Shown here: positions 1 to 9,663 of the stretch, in pieces
Layout of the letters: every line of letters begins with the position of its first letter
Numbering within the stretch: the first letter of the stretch is position 1
Assembly (NCBI GenBank): GCA_964291675.2
Contig: OZ219866.1
Coordinates: 3,008,001-3,072,000 of the forward strand
Direction of reading: 5' to 3'
DNA length: 64,000 nucleotides
Source: Alphaproteobacteria bacterium
GTDB lineage: Bacteria > Pseudomonadota > Alphaproteobacteria > MPNO01
Notes under the pieces: model-generated
Database searches by the model: none
Told to the model about the DNA's origin: nothing
Seen by the model: only the letters and a program-made list of their open reading frames with translations
Made by a program: the position numbers and the translations under genes

Positions 1-417
1 GGCGGTGATGGCGATGCCGGCGACCCGGCTCTGGCCGGTCTTCGCGTCGTCGAGCTTGCCGGCCTCGGCGGTGGTGTAGAGCGCCGAGTCCCTGGCGCAG
101 CGCGCGAGCACGTTGACCTTGAGCGCGGCGCCCTGGCCGGCGGTCGCGACCCAGCCGTACTCGCCCTCGGCGAAGGCGGCCTGGGCGACGGCGATGGCGT
201 GGCCGGCATCGACCGCCGTCTTGGTGCCGGCGGAGGCGTCGAAATCCTCGTCGACGGTGACGTAGTCGTGGCGCGCGATCGCGCCGGCGGCCCGGACATA
301 GATCCATTCGGTGCCGTCGGTGCCGGCGACCCGGGTGCCGGGGGCGTGCTCGGCGGCGGCGCCGGGCGAATCGATGCGCGCGCCGGCGAGCGGCGCGGTG
401 GCGTGGTGGATGGACAT
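1..417 (-). CDS. Putative capsid decoration/cement protein (partial, runs off window)
   Basis: Not in the ORF track. ATG at 417 with GAAGGAAA RBS; reads MSIHHATAPLAGARIDSPG...GTEWIYVRAAGAI...GEYGWV; lies directly downstream of the major capsid gene. Confidence 0.6.
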   Translation of the reverse strand, partial: MSIHHATAPLAGARIDSPGAAAEHAPGTRVAGTDGTEWIYVRAAGAIARHDYVTVDEDFDASAGTKTAVDAGHAIAVAQAAFAEGEYGWVATAGQGAALKVNVLARCARDSALYTTAEAGKLDDAKTGQSRVAGIAITA

Positions 418-447
418 GGCGGTTTCCTTCGGTCGGAGCGTTGGGCG

Positions 448-562
448 GTCCTTCGATACGCGCCCTGCGGGCGCTACTCAGGATGAGGGGTGGGTGCTGG
501 ACCCGAGAAGAACTCCCTCACCCTGAGTAGCCCCCGGACCGAGTCCGGGGGCGTATCGAAGG
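448..562. repeat. Inverted pair of REP-like elements (family A: CCTTCGATACG...CTACTCAGGATGAGG)
   Basis: The same motif recurs at 3700-3809 and 4243-4435, with partial copies near 6452, 8458, 10958, 15013 and 29960. Confidence 0.7.
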
Positions 563-571
563 GGCGCAGGG

Positions 572-1537
572 TCAGGCGTGGATCACGCCCTGGCGGGCGG
601 CGTTCGACATCGTCAGGTTGCCCATGAAGATGATCGGGATCACGGTCGCGTCCTGGTTGACCGATTGCCGCTTCTCCAGGGGCTCCATGTTGGCGTCCTT
701 GTGCGGGCGCCAGAACAGGTAGTCGGTGTTCAGCATGTACATGTGCGATTCGGGGCACTTGTCGTCGTACATCACCGGGGCCGACCCGCCGGGGCCGTAA
801 TACTGGATCGAGCGGAACCCGGCGCCCGCGTCCTCCTCGGACGAGATGCGCTGGATCGCCTGCAGCGACTGCCAGTAGTGGTTGAAGTAGACCGTGTCGG
901 CGACGATCAGGCTCGGCGCGTCGGCGCCGCGCAGGCATTTGAGCCAGAGCGCGTTCATCGCCTTCTGCACGGTGTCGGCGCCCGGCGTCACGCCGGCCTC
1001 GGAGAAGTCGTAGACCTGGTTGCGCCAGAACGAGAACGCGGCGCGGTCGATGCCGCCGACGGTGCCGGTGGACGGGTCGTCGGCGACCAGCGCGCGCAGC
1101 CCGCCGATCTGCTTGCCCGACGCGCCGGTGCCGTCGGAGTACACCCCGATCGACAGGTTGTTCATCATCGTCTTCTCGGCGTTCTTGATGCGCCGGTCGA
1201 CCAGGCGGAGGGACTGCTCCTTGCCGGCGTTCTTGCGCTCCTCGGCGCCGGAGACCGAGACCACGACGGCGGCCTGCTTCCACTCGTACTCGGCGGAGTC
1301 GAAGACGTCCGAGGGCGAGATGTCGAGCACCTCGTAGCCGGAATAGTACTTGAAGGTCTGGTTCTCGGCGTATTCCAGCTCCTCCACCAGGGTCCGCCCG
1401 CCATCGGCGGGGTCGACCTGGCCCTCCTTGTTGAGGTAGCGCAGCACCGCGTTGTGGTTGAGGATGTTGTCGGCGAGCTGGCCGCGGCGGTTGCGCAGCG
1501 TGGTGGTGACCAGGTCGCCCAGATTGGCGTTTGCCAT
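572..1537 (-). CDS. Phage major capsid protein (321 aa)
   Basis: Probable start MANANLGDLVTTTLRNR with AAGG RBS; motifs YYSGYEVLD, YEWKQAAVVVSVSG and SDGTG..GKQIGGL are typical of podovirus-like MCPs; follows the scaffold gene. Confidence 0.8.
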   Translation of the reverse strand: MANANLGDLVTTTLRNRRGQLADNILNHNAVLRYLNKEGQVDPADGGRTLVEELEYAENQTFKYYSGYEVLDISPSDVFDSAEYEWKQAAVVVSVSGAEERKNAGKEQSLRLVDRRIKNAEKTMMNNLSIGVYSDGTGASGKQIGGLRALVADDPSTGTVGGIDRAAFSFWRNQVYDFSEAGVTPGADTVQKAMNALWLKCLRGADAPSLIVADTVYFNHYWQSLQAIQRISSEEDAGAGFRSIQYYGPGGSAPVMYDDKCPESHMYMLNTDYLFWRPHKDANMEPLEKRQSVNQDATVIPIIFMGNLTMSNAARQGVIHA

Positions 1538-1562
1538 GTTTCGGTTCCTTGCTTGTCCGTGG

Positions 1563-2537
1563 TTACGCGCCGACCATCCGGTCCCAGACGCGCTCGAGCT
1601 CCTCGCGATGCGACCGGGCGGGCGGCAGCGCGGAGCCCGCCGGTTCGGCGCCGCCCAGAGCGGCCCGTCCGGCGTTCCTCGCCTTCGCAACCTCGGCCTT
1701 GCGGGCGCTCTCGCGGCGTTCCGCCAGCTCGGCATCGCGCGCCTGGAGCGCCTTCTGCCTGGTGGCGGGATCGGCCCAGACGGCCTGTTCGTATGCGTCC
1801 TCGAAGCTCGTCGCGGCACCGGCCCGGATCAGCGCCGAGAGCCTGGGCCGGACCGCGTCGAAATGCGGGAAGCGCGGCCTGCCGTCGGAATCGGCGGCGC
1901 GCGCCCGGGCGTCGAGCTCGGCCTCCATCGCGGCCAGCAGGCGGAGCTCGTGCTGCTCGGCGGCGTAGCGCTCCAGCGTGTCCAGCATCTCGTCCGGGCG
2001 CGCCGGCGCGCCGGGCGGGGCGGCGCCGGCGTCGGGCGGAGCGTCGCCGGCGTCGGGCGCGAGACCGTAGGACTCGGCGAACAGCGCGAGCGCCGCCCCG
2101 GGGTCCTGCTCGATCAGCGCATGCGCCTCCAGCAGCCGCGCCACCGCCTCGCCGTCGGAGATCCCCTGCGCGCGCATCGACTCGCGCCACGGCGCGAGCG
2201 CCGCATCGACCGCCTCCAGCCCGGCGAGCGCCTTCTCGCGCTCGGCGAGCGTCTGCGAGCGTTCGGAATGCGCCGTCTCCAGCTCGCGGTGCAGGTCGAG
2301 CGCATACTCGCGCGCGTCTTCGGGCAGCGCCTGGAAGCGCTCGCGCCACGCCGCCGGCCAGTGCCCGGGCGGGGGCTCGGCGTCGGCGTCGTCGGCAGGC
2401 TCGGCGGGCTCGGCGGGCTCGGCCGGCTCCTCCGCGCCGGGCTCCGTCTCCTCCCCGGCGGGCTCGCTGTCCTCGGCCGCGAGGCTGTCCCACGCCGCCT
2501 CCAGATCCTCGCGCAGGCTGTTGGTTTCGTCGGTCAT
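1563..2537 (-). CDS. Putative capsid scaffolding protein
   Basis: Acidic, Pro/Glu-rich N-terminus, helical body and YEQAVWADP motif; immediately upstream of the MCP; GGAGG RBS before ATG 2537. Confidence 0.65.
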   Translation of the reverse strand: MTDETNSLREDLEAAWDSLAAEDSEPAGEETEPGAEEPAEPAEPAEPADDADAEPPPGHWPAAWRERFQALPEDAREYALDLHRELETAHSERSQTLAEREKALAGLEAVDAALAPWRESMRAQGISDGEAVARLLEAHALIEQDPGAALALFAESYGLAPDAGDAPPDAGAAPPGAPARPDEMLDTLERYAAEQHELRLLAAMEAELDARARAADSDGRPRFPHFDAVRPRLSALIRAGAATSFEDAYEQAVWADPATRQKALQARDAELAERRESARKAEVAKARNAGRAALGGAEPAGSALPPARSHREELERVWDRMVGA

Positions 2538-2708
2538 GGTTCCTCCGAAGGGGTTGGATTCGTGGATGGGTGGGCTCGCCACGCGCCCTTGCCGCCACCC
2601 CGGATCGAGTCCGGGGCGACAGGAGAAGCCCGCTTCGGCCGGGCGCCTAGCGAAAATAAGCGGCCTCGAAACGGGCCGCCATCGAAGTCGATTATCGGGC
2701 GTTGCGCC

Positions 2709-3176
2709 TCAGGCGGCGAGCCTGTACCCGGGCGGTCCGCTCCCGTCGATGACGATATCCGGGCGGCTGCCGCCCGGAACGCATCTGGCGGCGATCTGCT
2801 CGATCGAGCCGCGCTCGCCGAGATCCAGCTTCTCGACCGCCAGCAGCCGGACGACGATCTCGGACGCGGCCTGGATCGGCGTTCGGTTCTTCTCCCATCG
2901 GGCAACCGACTGGGCGTCGCGATGGACGTGCCTTGCGAGCTCCGCCTGGGTGAAGCCCATCATCGTCCGCAGGAACCTGAGCTCCTGCCCGGACATCGCC
3001 GATTCGCGCTCCACGATGCCCCGAGCGATGGTCTTGTGCAGCTCGTTGACCGCCGGGATGTACAGCACTTCTTCACCGCTGTCGTCGACCCGCACGCCGA
3101 TTCCCTCGATGAATACGTTGTCCAGTCCGCATTCGGTGTAGCGGTATCTGGTGCGCTCCCCGGAAGCAGCCTTCAT
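2709..3176 (-). CDS. MqsA/YgiT-like HTH antitoxin
   Basis: YRYTECGLDNVFIEG N-terminus plus XRE HTH (ELRFLRTMMGFTQAELARHVHRDAQSVARWE). Confidence 0.75.
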   Translation of the reverse strand: MKAASGERTRYRYTECGLDNVFIEGIGVRVDDSGEEVLYIPAVNELHKTIARGIVERESAMSGQELRFLRTMMGFTQAELARHVHRDAQSVARWEKNRTPIQAASEIVVRLLAVEKLDLGERGSIEQIAARCVPGGSRPDIVIDGSGPPGYRLAA

Positions 3177-3191
3177 GCCTTGCAGCCTTCT

Positions 3192-3539
3192 TCAACCGCG
3201 TTGTATCGGTTCGTCAGCCCACATTGCCGTCACAATCGTCGCTTCCCTCTTCTCTGTCGACGGGACTACGACAACTCTCAACGTGCGTCTCCCGGAGTTC
3301 GGTGTCTTGCACTCCATCTTGTACCTGAAATAGCCCGGCCGGGCCGACGGCTCCCCTTTTTCATAAACAAATCCACGTTTCAGGACATAAAGTACGTCAT
3401 CCAATATCAGGTCACGCTGCTTTATCTGCTCAATCGCATGTTTGCTCATGAAGACTCCGAAATCGTCGCGTAGGGCCATTTCCCTGATCGAGTCCGTGGC
3501 CCGGGCCGCGGATAGCGGTTCTTCGCCGGGCTTCGTCAC
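3192..3539 (-). CDS. DUF4258-like (RelE/MqsR-fold) toxin
   Basis: SKHAIEQIKQRDL..DDV and C-terminal TIVTAM motifs; directly upstream of the HTH gene. Confidence 0.7.
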   Translation of the reverse strand: MTKPGEEPLSAARATDSIREMALRDDFGVFMSKHAIEQIKQRDLILDDVLYVLKRGFVYEKGEPSARPGYFRYKMECKTPNSGRRTLRVVVVPSTEKREATIVTAMWADEPIQRG

Positions 3540-3559
3540 GCCGACACCACTCCGCCCGC

Positions 3560-3578
3560 ACCTATCACGGTGATAGGT
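3560..3578. promoter_or_regulatory. Palindromic operator upstream of the TA operon
   Basis: ACCTATCAC-G-GTGATAGGT, perfect 9-bp arms, 20 bp upstream of the toxin start. Confidence 0.55.
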
Positions 3579-3699
3579 ACAGCGGATCGCGGCGGATCGT
3601 CAAGACCTATCGGCGCGGGCACCGGCGATGTCGAGATCGCTTTCGGCCTCGTCGGTCATGCTTGCTCCGAAGGGGTTGGATTCGTGGATGGGTGGGCTC

Positions 3700-3809
3700 G
3701 TCCTTCGATACGCCCGCCTGCGGCGGTCTACTCAGGATGAGGTGTCTTGTTGGAGGGCGCTCAACCCCGCCCTCATCCTGAGTAGCGGCGAAGCCGCGTA
3801 TCGAAGGAC
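3700..3809. repeat. Inverted pair of REP-like family A elements
   Basis: TCCTTCGATACGCCC...CTACTCAGGATGAGG followed by an inverted copy. Confidence 0.7.
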
Positions 3810-3815
3810 GCACCC

Positions 3816-4229
3816 CTATTTCGTCCTGCCGCCCATCTTCTCGAACGTCCTGAGCCCGCCGAGGCCGAGCAGGCTCAGCAGCACCGTCAGCAGGTGCTCG
3901 AGCTGGAGCGCCGCCGGGACCGGGGTGCCGGGCGCCCAGACCGAGAACCCCCAGACCAGCAGATCGCGCAGGATGAAGTTCCAGGCGAGCGCGGCGCCGC
4001 AGATCCAGCCGATGAAGGGCCGCCAGCCGGCGACGAACACAGAGCGGTGCTGCGCCTCAATGCGGTTGACCTCGATCTGGGCCAGCGCCGGGCGCTGCGC
4101 GAGGCGGGCGAGCAGGGCCTCCTTGCCGAGCCGTTCGTCGTCGCTGGTGAACAGATCGTCGATCACCCGGCCGATCGCCGCGACCGGCTCGGCCGCGCCG
4201 CGGCCGAACAGCATGTCGAGCAGGGGCAT
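3816..4229 (-). CDS. 3TM holin (GTA_holin_3TM/DUF3154-like)
   Basis: IDDLFTSDDER, GWRPFIGWICG and LLGLGGLRTFEK signature motifs. Confidence 0.8.
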   Translation of the reverse strand: MPLLDMLFGRGAAEPVAAIGRVIDDLFTSDDERLGKEALLARLAQRPALAQIEVNRIEAQHRSVFVAGWRPFIGWICGAALAWNFILRDLLVWGFSVWAPGTPVPAALQLEHLLTVLLSLLGLGGLRTFEKMGGRTK

Positions 4230-4242
4230 CAGCCGCGCCCCG

Positions 4243-4435
4243 TCCCTCGATACGGCCCTTCGGGCCTACTCGGGATGAGGGCGGGGTTGGGGCGGCCGGC
4301 ATCCTTTCTCATCCATTCTCTCCTCATCCTTCGGGGGCTACTCAGGATGAGGGTGGGGTTGGGGCGGCCGGCATCCTTTCTCATCCATTCTCTCCTCATC
4401 CTGAGTAGCCCGCCGCAGGCGGGCGTATCGAAGGA
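4243..4435. repeat. REP family A elements with an internal tandem duplication (71-bp period)
   Basis: GGGGTTGGGGCGGCCGGCATCCTTTCTCATCCATTCTCTCCTCATCCT occurs twice (about 4282 and 4353). Confidence 0.7.
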
Positions 4436-4647
4436 CCGACCGCGTCGTTGCCGATCTCGACCATGCCGTTGGCCCGCAGATGCTCGTCCCAGTCGCGGCG
4501 CGAGCGGTAGCGGCGGCCGTCGGCGGGGCTGGCGATGCCGTGCTCGAAGGGGGCGTCGCGGTTGACGAGCTGCGGCCCGGCGGCCGGGCGGGGCGGCGCC
4601 AGCGGGACCCAGCGGGCCTGCGCCTTGCTCCAGGCGTAGCGGGTCAT
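4396..4647 (-). CDS. Small conserved phage protein downstream of the portal
   Basis: MTRYAWSK...SPADGRRYRSRRDWDEHLRANGMVEIGND; ATG overlaps the portal stop; its last codons run into a REP element. Confidence 0.6.
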   Translation of the reverse strand: MTRYAWSKAQARWVPLAPPRPAAGPQLVNRDAPFEHGIASPADGRRYRSRRDWDEHLRANGMVEIGNDAVGPSIRPPAAGYSG

Positions 4648-6425
4648 CGCGGCCTGCCCTCGGCCGGGCCCGGCGGCGGCGCGGCGGCGGCCGCCTCGGC
4701 CTGGCGGATCAGCGCGTCCGAGGTGCGCCCGATCACCTCCTCCAGCCGGCGGCCGGGCTTGAAGCTGCGCGCGGCGGTGCGGAACATTTCGAGGAACATC
4801 GGCGCAGATTGCGGCGCCGCCCCGATCAAGGGCGCGATGCCGGTAAAGAAGCCGGTCGCGGCGGTCAGGAACTCGACCGCGTTGCGCCGCTCGGCCTCGG
4901 CGTCGGGCTGGACCGTCGATTCGGTCTCGATGTCGATGCGGAAGCCGCGCAGCCGCTCGTCGCGCAGCAGCGCAGCGACCGCCGGCGGCACCGGCCGCCC
5001 GGTCATCCGGGCCAGCGTCTCGGGGCGGAAATGCTCGGCGATCACCTCCGCCTTGAGGCGCAGCGCGTCGCGCACGAAGCGCTGCATCGGGCGCTGGCGG
5101 GGCTGCATCCGCATGGTGCCGAAGGAGCCCTTGAGGCGCTGCGCGGTGGCGGTCTCGGAGGCCTGGGTGGAGCCGCGCACGATGTCCGACAGGCCGGTGA
5201 TCTCGAAGATCTCGGCCTTGAGCTGCGCCATGTGGCCGTTGAGCGAGACGATCACCTGGGCGATGCGCTCGATCGGCAGCCACTCGATGGCCGCCGCCAG
5301 CCCGCCCTTGTCGCGGAACTGGTCCCAGTCCTTGACCGGGATCATCTCGTTCTCGCCGGCCTCGGTGAGCAGCCGCTCGATCTCGCCCAGCACCCCGGCA
5401 TAGACGCCGCGCGCCCTGAGCGCGGCGATCAGATGCCGCTTGCGGTCGGCGAGCTCGTCGAGCTCCAGCGCCTGGTCCTGGTAGAGGGTGAATTCCGGGA
5501 TCGGCACCCGCGAGTCCGACGTCCTGACCGCATAGATCGGCTCCGGCACCGGGAAGAAGCCGGCGAGCCCGAGCGGGTCGGGGGTCTCCTCGACGACGCG
5601 GTCGAAGCCGTCGGCGATGACGATGCGCCTGCGCCCCGGCTTGTCCCAGATCTCCCACAGGACGGCGCGCCTCGCGCCTTCCGGCGCGACCTCCGGCGCG
5701 GCGCCCGCGCGGTCGCGCCCGTCATAGGCGCGCACCGCGCCCTCCAGCGGGATGTCGCGGCCGATCGCGCCGAAGCGCTCGACCAGCTCGCCGCGCGCGA
5801 GCGCGTGGCGGAAGGCGATCCAGCCCACCTCGTCCCAGCAGCGCGCGGGCTGCTCGCGGTAGTCCTTCCAGAACACGTGGCGGCAGCGGACCCGCTCGTC
5901 GGCCACCTCCTCGACCCAGGCGTCCTCGCCGTCGAACCCGTCGGGCTCGACCGGCCGGCCGTCGAGCAGGAAGACCGGCGCGCCATCGGGGCCTTCGGCG
6001 CGCTCCAGGGCGCGCCTCGCGATCACCGGCTCGTAGACGATGCGCGCGACGCCGCGCCCGGGCAGCAGCATGTCGTCGCGCACCGCCTCCATCGCCCGGT
6101 CGAAGCCGTCGTCGTCGAGCAGGTAGGAGAGCGCGCGCTCCAGCACCAGCGCGGCCTCGCGCCCGACCGGGTCGTCGTCGAGATAGCGCCGGCGCACGTC
6201 CGGCGCCGGGGTCTGCGAGTAGATCACCGGCTTCAGGATCTCGGTATTGGCCCACAGGATGTTGACCTGGCGGCGGGCGGACTGGCGCTTCTCGGCGCGG
6301 TAGCGCTCGACCACCTTGTCGGCGCGCTGCATCCAGTCGCGCCCGGCCCGCCCCGCCCGGTCGAGCTCGGCCCGCCAGTGGCGCACCGTCCCGTCCGGCC
6401 CGGGAGTTTCGGTCTCGGTCTTCAT
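4644..6425 (-). CDS. Phage portal protein
   Basis: About 593 aa after terL; NILWANTEILKPVIYSQTP, FFPVPEP and EITGLSDIVRG..ETATAQRLK motifs; AAAGGAAAG RBS before ATG 6425. Confidence 0.8.
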   Translation of the reverse strand: MKTETETPGPDGTVRHWRAELDRAGRAGRDWMQRADKVVERYRAEKRQSARRQVNILWANTEILKPVIYSQTPAPDVRRRYLDDDPVGREAALVLERALSYLLDDDGFDRAMEAVRDDMLLPGRGVARIVYEPVIARRALERAEGPDGAPVFLLDGRPVEPDGFDGEDAWVEEVADERVRCRHVFWKDYREQPARCWDEVGWIAFRHALARGELVERFGAIGRDIPLEGAVRAYDGRDRAGAAPEVAPEGARRAVLWEIWDKPGRRRIVIADGFDRVVEETPDPLGLAGFFPVPEPIYAVRTSDSRVPIPEFTLYQDQALELDELADRKRHLIAALRARGVYAGVLGEIERLLTEAGENEMIPVKDWDQFRDKGGLAAAIEWLPIERIAQVIVSLNGHMAQLKAEIFEITGLSDIVRGSTQASETATAQRLKGSFGTMRMQPRQRPMQRFVRDALRLKAEVIAEHFRPETLARMTGRPVPPAVAALLRDERLRGFRIDIETESTVQPDAEAERRNAVEFLTAATGFFTGIAPLIGAAPQSAPMFLEMFRTAARSFKPGRRLEEVIGRTSDALIRQAEAAAAAPPPGPAEGRPR

Positions 6426-6480
6426 GGCTTTCCTTTCGGCTCGCATGGCGGTCCTTCGATACGTGCCCTGCCGCCCCCAC

Positions 6481-6590
6481 CCGTCATGCCCGGACTTGAT
6501 CCGGGCACCCACTGGCGCCGCCGCCTCTCCCTGCAACCCCCTTGCGCGCGGCGGCCGCATGGGTGCCCGGATCAAGTCCGGGCATGACGG
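6481..6590. repeat. Inverted pair of REP-like family B elements (GTCATGCCCGGACTTGATCCGGGCA)
   Basis: The same palindrome occurs at 8471-8760, 14747-14900 and 29988-30480. Confidence 0.75.
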
Positions 6591-6616
6591 AGGGAGCGGG
6601 GCGGCGCGCCCCGCGG

Positions 6617-7933
6617 TCAGATCAGCCCGTGCCCGGCGCGGCGGCGCTCGGCGAGGTGGCGGCGCCATTGGCCCTCGAAGCTGTCCGCGCGCGGCGCCGG
6701 CGGGGCGAAGCGGTCGCCGATCCCCATCGCCAGGTAGCGGAACGCGTCCGCGCCGTGGCTGAAGCGGTCGTGCACCGGCCGGTCGCCGAGCCCGCCGGTG
6801 GCGGGGTCGATTTCCGCCCGGTAGCGGCGCAGGCACTCGATGCCGGCCTCGGCGCGCTCGGCGTCGAACCAGCAGCGCGGCAGGATCGCGCGCACCGCGT
6901 TGATGCCGTCCTCGATGCGGTGGCGCGGCACGATGGCGAACCGGATGCCGAGCCGCCGCGCCTGCTCCTCGCGCGTCCGCCCGGTGCCGAGCTCGCGGGC
7001 CAGCGCGTCGGGCGGCGCGTAGTGGCGGCCATAGACATAGCCGCGCTCGGCGGCGCGTTCCTGCAGCAGCCCGGCATAGTGGTCGAGCCCCTCCCCCTCC
7101 GCCTCGTAGTAGTCGAGCAGGTGGATCTCGGGCCCGGCGAGCTGGGCGAACCAGATCGCCGTCGGGTCGCCGATGCCGAGATCCCAGGCGGTGTCGACCG
7201 GCAGCGCCGGGTCGTGCGGCACCGCGCGGATACGCCCCGAGCGCCGGGCGTCGGCCATCGCCCGGCCGTAATAGGCGCCCTTGACCGCCGCCTCGAAGGA
7301 GCACTCGAACTCCTGGGCGTACTCCTCGCGCGTCATGTCGCGGCGCGCGGCGGCGAGCTCCTGCGCCGGCAGCACGCCACTCGCCGATGCCGGGAACAGC
7401 GCCGCGTACCAGGTCGCATCGGCGCGGGCCGCGCGGTACATGCGCCAGAACGCGTCATGCCCCTTGGGCGTGCCGATGAAGATCGCCCAGCCCTCGCGGT
7501 CGGCGAGCGCCGGGCGGATCACCTCGCCCCACATGTCGGGGTTCATCTGCGCGTACTCGTCGAGCACCGCGCCGTCGAGATAGATGCCGCGCAGCGAATC
7601 CGGGTTGTCGGCGCCGTAGAGCTGGATGCGCGCGCCGTTGGGGAGGTCGACCCGGAGCTCGGTCTCGCTCACCTTGCGGCCCGGCACCGCGGACGTGTAG
7701 TGCTTGAGATAGTCCCACGCGACCCGCTTGGCCTGGCGGTAATAGGGCGCGATATAGGCAAACCGCGGGCGCGGGCGCCGCGCGCGGATGGCGTGGTCGA
7801 TCAGCTCGTTGACGCAGAGCACCGTCTTGCCGAAGCGGCGGTGGCAGACCAGCACGCTGAACCGGGCGAGGCTGCGGTGGATGTCGGCCTGCAGCGGGCG
7901 CGACCGGTAGCCGGTGCTAATTTTCTCGGTCAC
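6617..7933 (-). CDS. terL: Terminase large subunit
   Basis: Walker A HRRFGKT, GADNPDSLRG..LDEYA Walker B, GTPKG motif III, WDLGIGD nuclease motif and SHGADAFRY. Confidence 0.92.
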   Translation of the reverse strand: MTEKISTGYRSRPLQADIHRSLARFSVLVCHRRFGKTVLCVNELIDHAIRARRPRPRFAYIAPYYRQAKRVAWDYLKHYTSAVPGRKVSETELRVDLPNGARIQLYGADNPDSLRGIYLDGAVLDEYAQMNPDMWGEVIRPALADREGWAIFIGTPKGHDAFWRMYRAARADATWYAALFPASASGVLPAQELAAARRDMTREEYAQEFECSFEAAVKGAYYGRAMADARRSGRIRAVPHDPALPVDTAWDLGIGDPTAIWFAQLAGPEIHLLDYYEAEGEGLDHYAGLLQERAAERGYVYGRHYAPPDALARELGTGRTREEQARRLGIRFAIVPRHRIEDGINAVRAILPRCWFDAERAEAGIECLRRYRAEIDPATGGLGDRPVHDRFSHGADAFRYLAMGIGDRFAPPAPRADSFEGQWRRHLAERRRAGHGLI

Positions 7934-8246
7934 GTTCGATCCCCGTATCGACGATCTCGGCCAGCCGGTCGGCGGCGATGCCCCCGTCCCCGCCCTGGCC
8001 CAGGATCAGCCGGCCCAGCAGGCCGGCCATGGTGGCGTTGCGCTCGGCGAGCGCGAATTGCGAGCGCCGGATGCGCACCCGCCCGCACAGCGCGCCGTCG
8101 GCCCAGGCGCGCCGAAGCGCCGGGTCGGCGAGCGCGCGGGCGAACGCATCCGCCGGCACGCCGAGCCAGGCGGCCGCCTCGGCCTCGGTGCAGCCGATCG
8201 CCGCCAGCTCGGCGAGCGCGTCGGCGTCGATGCTCGAACCCGTCAA
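7917..8246 (-). CDS. Putative terminase small subunit
   Basis: TTG start after GAGGA RBS; HTH-like LAAIGCTEAEAAAWLGV and NATMA.LLGR.ILGQ motif; overlaps the terL start. Confidence 0.65.
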   Translation of the reverse strand: MTGSSIDADALAELAAIGCTEAEAAAWLGVPADAFARALADPALRRAWADGALCGRVRIRRSQFALAERNATMAGLLGRLILGQGGDGGIAADRLAEIVDTGIERDREN

Positions 8247-8280
8247 GATCGCGTCCTCGTTCGGTTGTCGGGATGTCGGG

Positions 8281-8428
8281 CCACGAAAAAGGGCGCCGGT
8301 CTCTCCGGCGCCCCATTTCGCGACTGTGGCAAATCTACCCCAAAACGCGTCCCATGTCAAGCGAAAAATACGTTATAGGGAAATTTTTTCGGAACCCCTT
8401 GGAATCCCGGGGGTTTCTTGCCGGTGCC
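8281..8428 (-). promoter_or_regulatory. Promoter+terminator repeat unit, copy 1
   Basis: Minus strand TTGACA (8360-8355), 17 bp, TAGATT (8337-8332), then hairpin GGGCGCCGG-AGAGA-CCGGCGCCC-TTTTT. Confidence 0.75.
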
Positions 8429-8455
8429 AATTCGGGCGGCGGAGCGGGCGGTTGT

Positions 8456-8760
8456 CCCTCGATACGCCCCGTCATGCCCGGACTCGTTGCACCGCTGCCC
8501 GGTTCAGCCTTCGATGCGGGCCGAACCCGGCCCTCTTCGCCCCGCCCCTCGACGCCCGGATCGAGTCCGGACATGACGGGAGGCGGAGTGATGGCGATGG
8601 GGCGGGCCGCGCCCGGCTCTCCCTGCTCCTCCTCCGCCACCACCCCGTCATGGCCGGACTCGATCCGGCCATCCACACGGCCTCTCCGCCCGCATGACGG
8701 TCCGACGGGAGGGTGGCAGCGCTCATGGATGCCCGGATCGAGTCCGGGCATGACGGGGGA
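8456..8760. repeat. Cluster of REP-like family B palindromes
   Basis: Several GTCATG(C/G)CCGGACT(C/T)GATCCGG copies in alternating orientation. Confidence 0.7.
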
Positions 8761-8785
8761 GGAGGCCGGTTGCCCCCCGTCTCCG

Positions 8786-8928
8786 CCACGAAAAAGGGCG
8801 CCGGTCTCTCCGGCGCCCCATTTCGCGACTGTGGCAAATCTACCCCAAAACGCGTCCCGTGTCAAGAAAAAATACGTTAAAGGGAAAATTTTTGCCAAAC
8901 CCCCTGGAATCCCGGGGGTTTCTTGCCG
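8786..8928 (-). promoter_or_regulatory. Promoter+terminator repeat unit, copy 2
   Basis: Near-identical to 8281-8428. Confidence 0.75.
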
Positions 8929-9012
8929 CCTCCGAAGCGCCACCGGACCGACGCCGGAGCAGCGAACGGCGATTACCCGGGAGGCGTCCGGAAGCGGTGG
9001 CGGAACCGTGAT

Positions 9013-9663
9013 CTACGAAAACAGGCGTTCTAGTTCTTCGAGCACCTGCAAGTGTCGTTTCGTCGTCAATGGCGCTGAACAGAAATAGCGTTCAGCCTCC
9101 ACGGACGTCCCCTCGCGACGTTCAATGATGAATTTCGGGATTGCCTCGGATTTTGATGCGAATTCAATTGTGAGCGCGCTGAACGCTGCTGCACTCACGT
9201 CCCGGTGTTCGTTCACGCCGGATAAAATGACATTTGCAATCTTGTCGTACTTGGCGAGCATATTCGCTGCCGGTTTCTCGAATTCGACAACGACCTCGCT
9301 CGAGTAGAGCGACTTCTTATGGATCCGCCTGCATCCGTAATGCTGGACCAGCCAGTCTATCAGGTCCGCGAAAAATGCTTCCGCATGCCCTGTCTCGTAT
9401 GCTCGAACGACTACTCCGTCATTGTGGATAGACAAGCGGTGGATCGTGGCTTCTCCCAACTCTGTCTGGAAGAACCCCAACTCGTACACAAGCCCGTTTC
9501 TTTCCAGTTCGGTGTGGGACGACAGCCTGGGCAAGGTGCCGAAATTGTATCGTTGGCCGATGGCAATGAGAATTTGGCGTTCATTTAGCCCGTCCATGGG
9601 GGTGAACGACTCAAGAGGGAAAAGCGATACCAAGGTTCCGGACGAGAAAGCTATGATTTTCAC
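9013..9663 (-). CDS. Hypothetical protein (third gene of a TA-like triad)
   Basis: 216-aa ORF, visibly lower GC than the flanks; start overlaps the upstream stop. Confidence 0.6.
   Translation of the reverse strand: MKIIAFSSGTLVSLFPLESFTPMDGLNERQILIAIGQRYNFGTLPRLSSHTELERNGLVYELGFFQTELGEATIHRLSIHNDGVVVRAYETGHAEAFFADLIDWLVQHYGCRRIHKKSLYSSEVVVEFEKPAANMLAKYDKIANVILSGVNEHRDVSAAAFSALTIEFASKSEAIPKFIIERREGTSVEAERYFCSAPLTTKRHLQVLEELERLFS

Noticed and set aside
7917-8360. ORF starts reading MTWDAFWGRF (also at 10860 and 11786)
   Set aside because: These start at the TTG of the -35 box of the repeat unit and cross its terminator; real starts with RBSs lie downstream.
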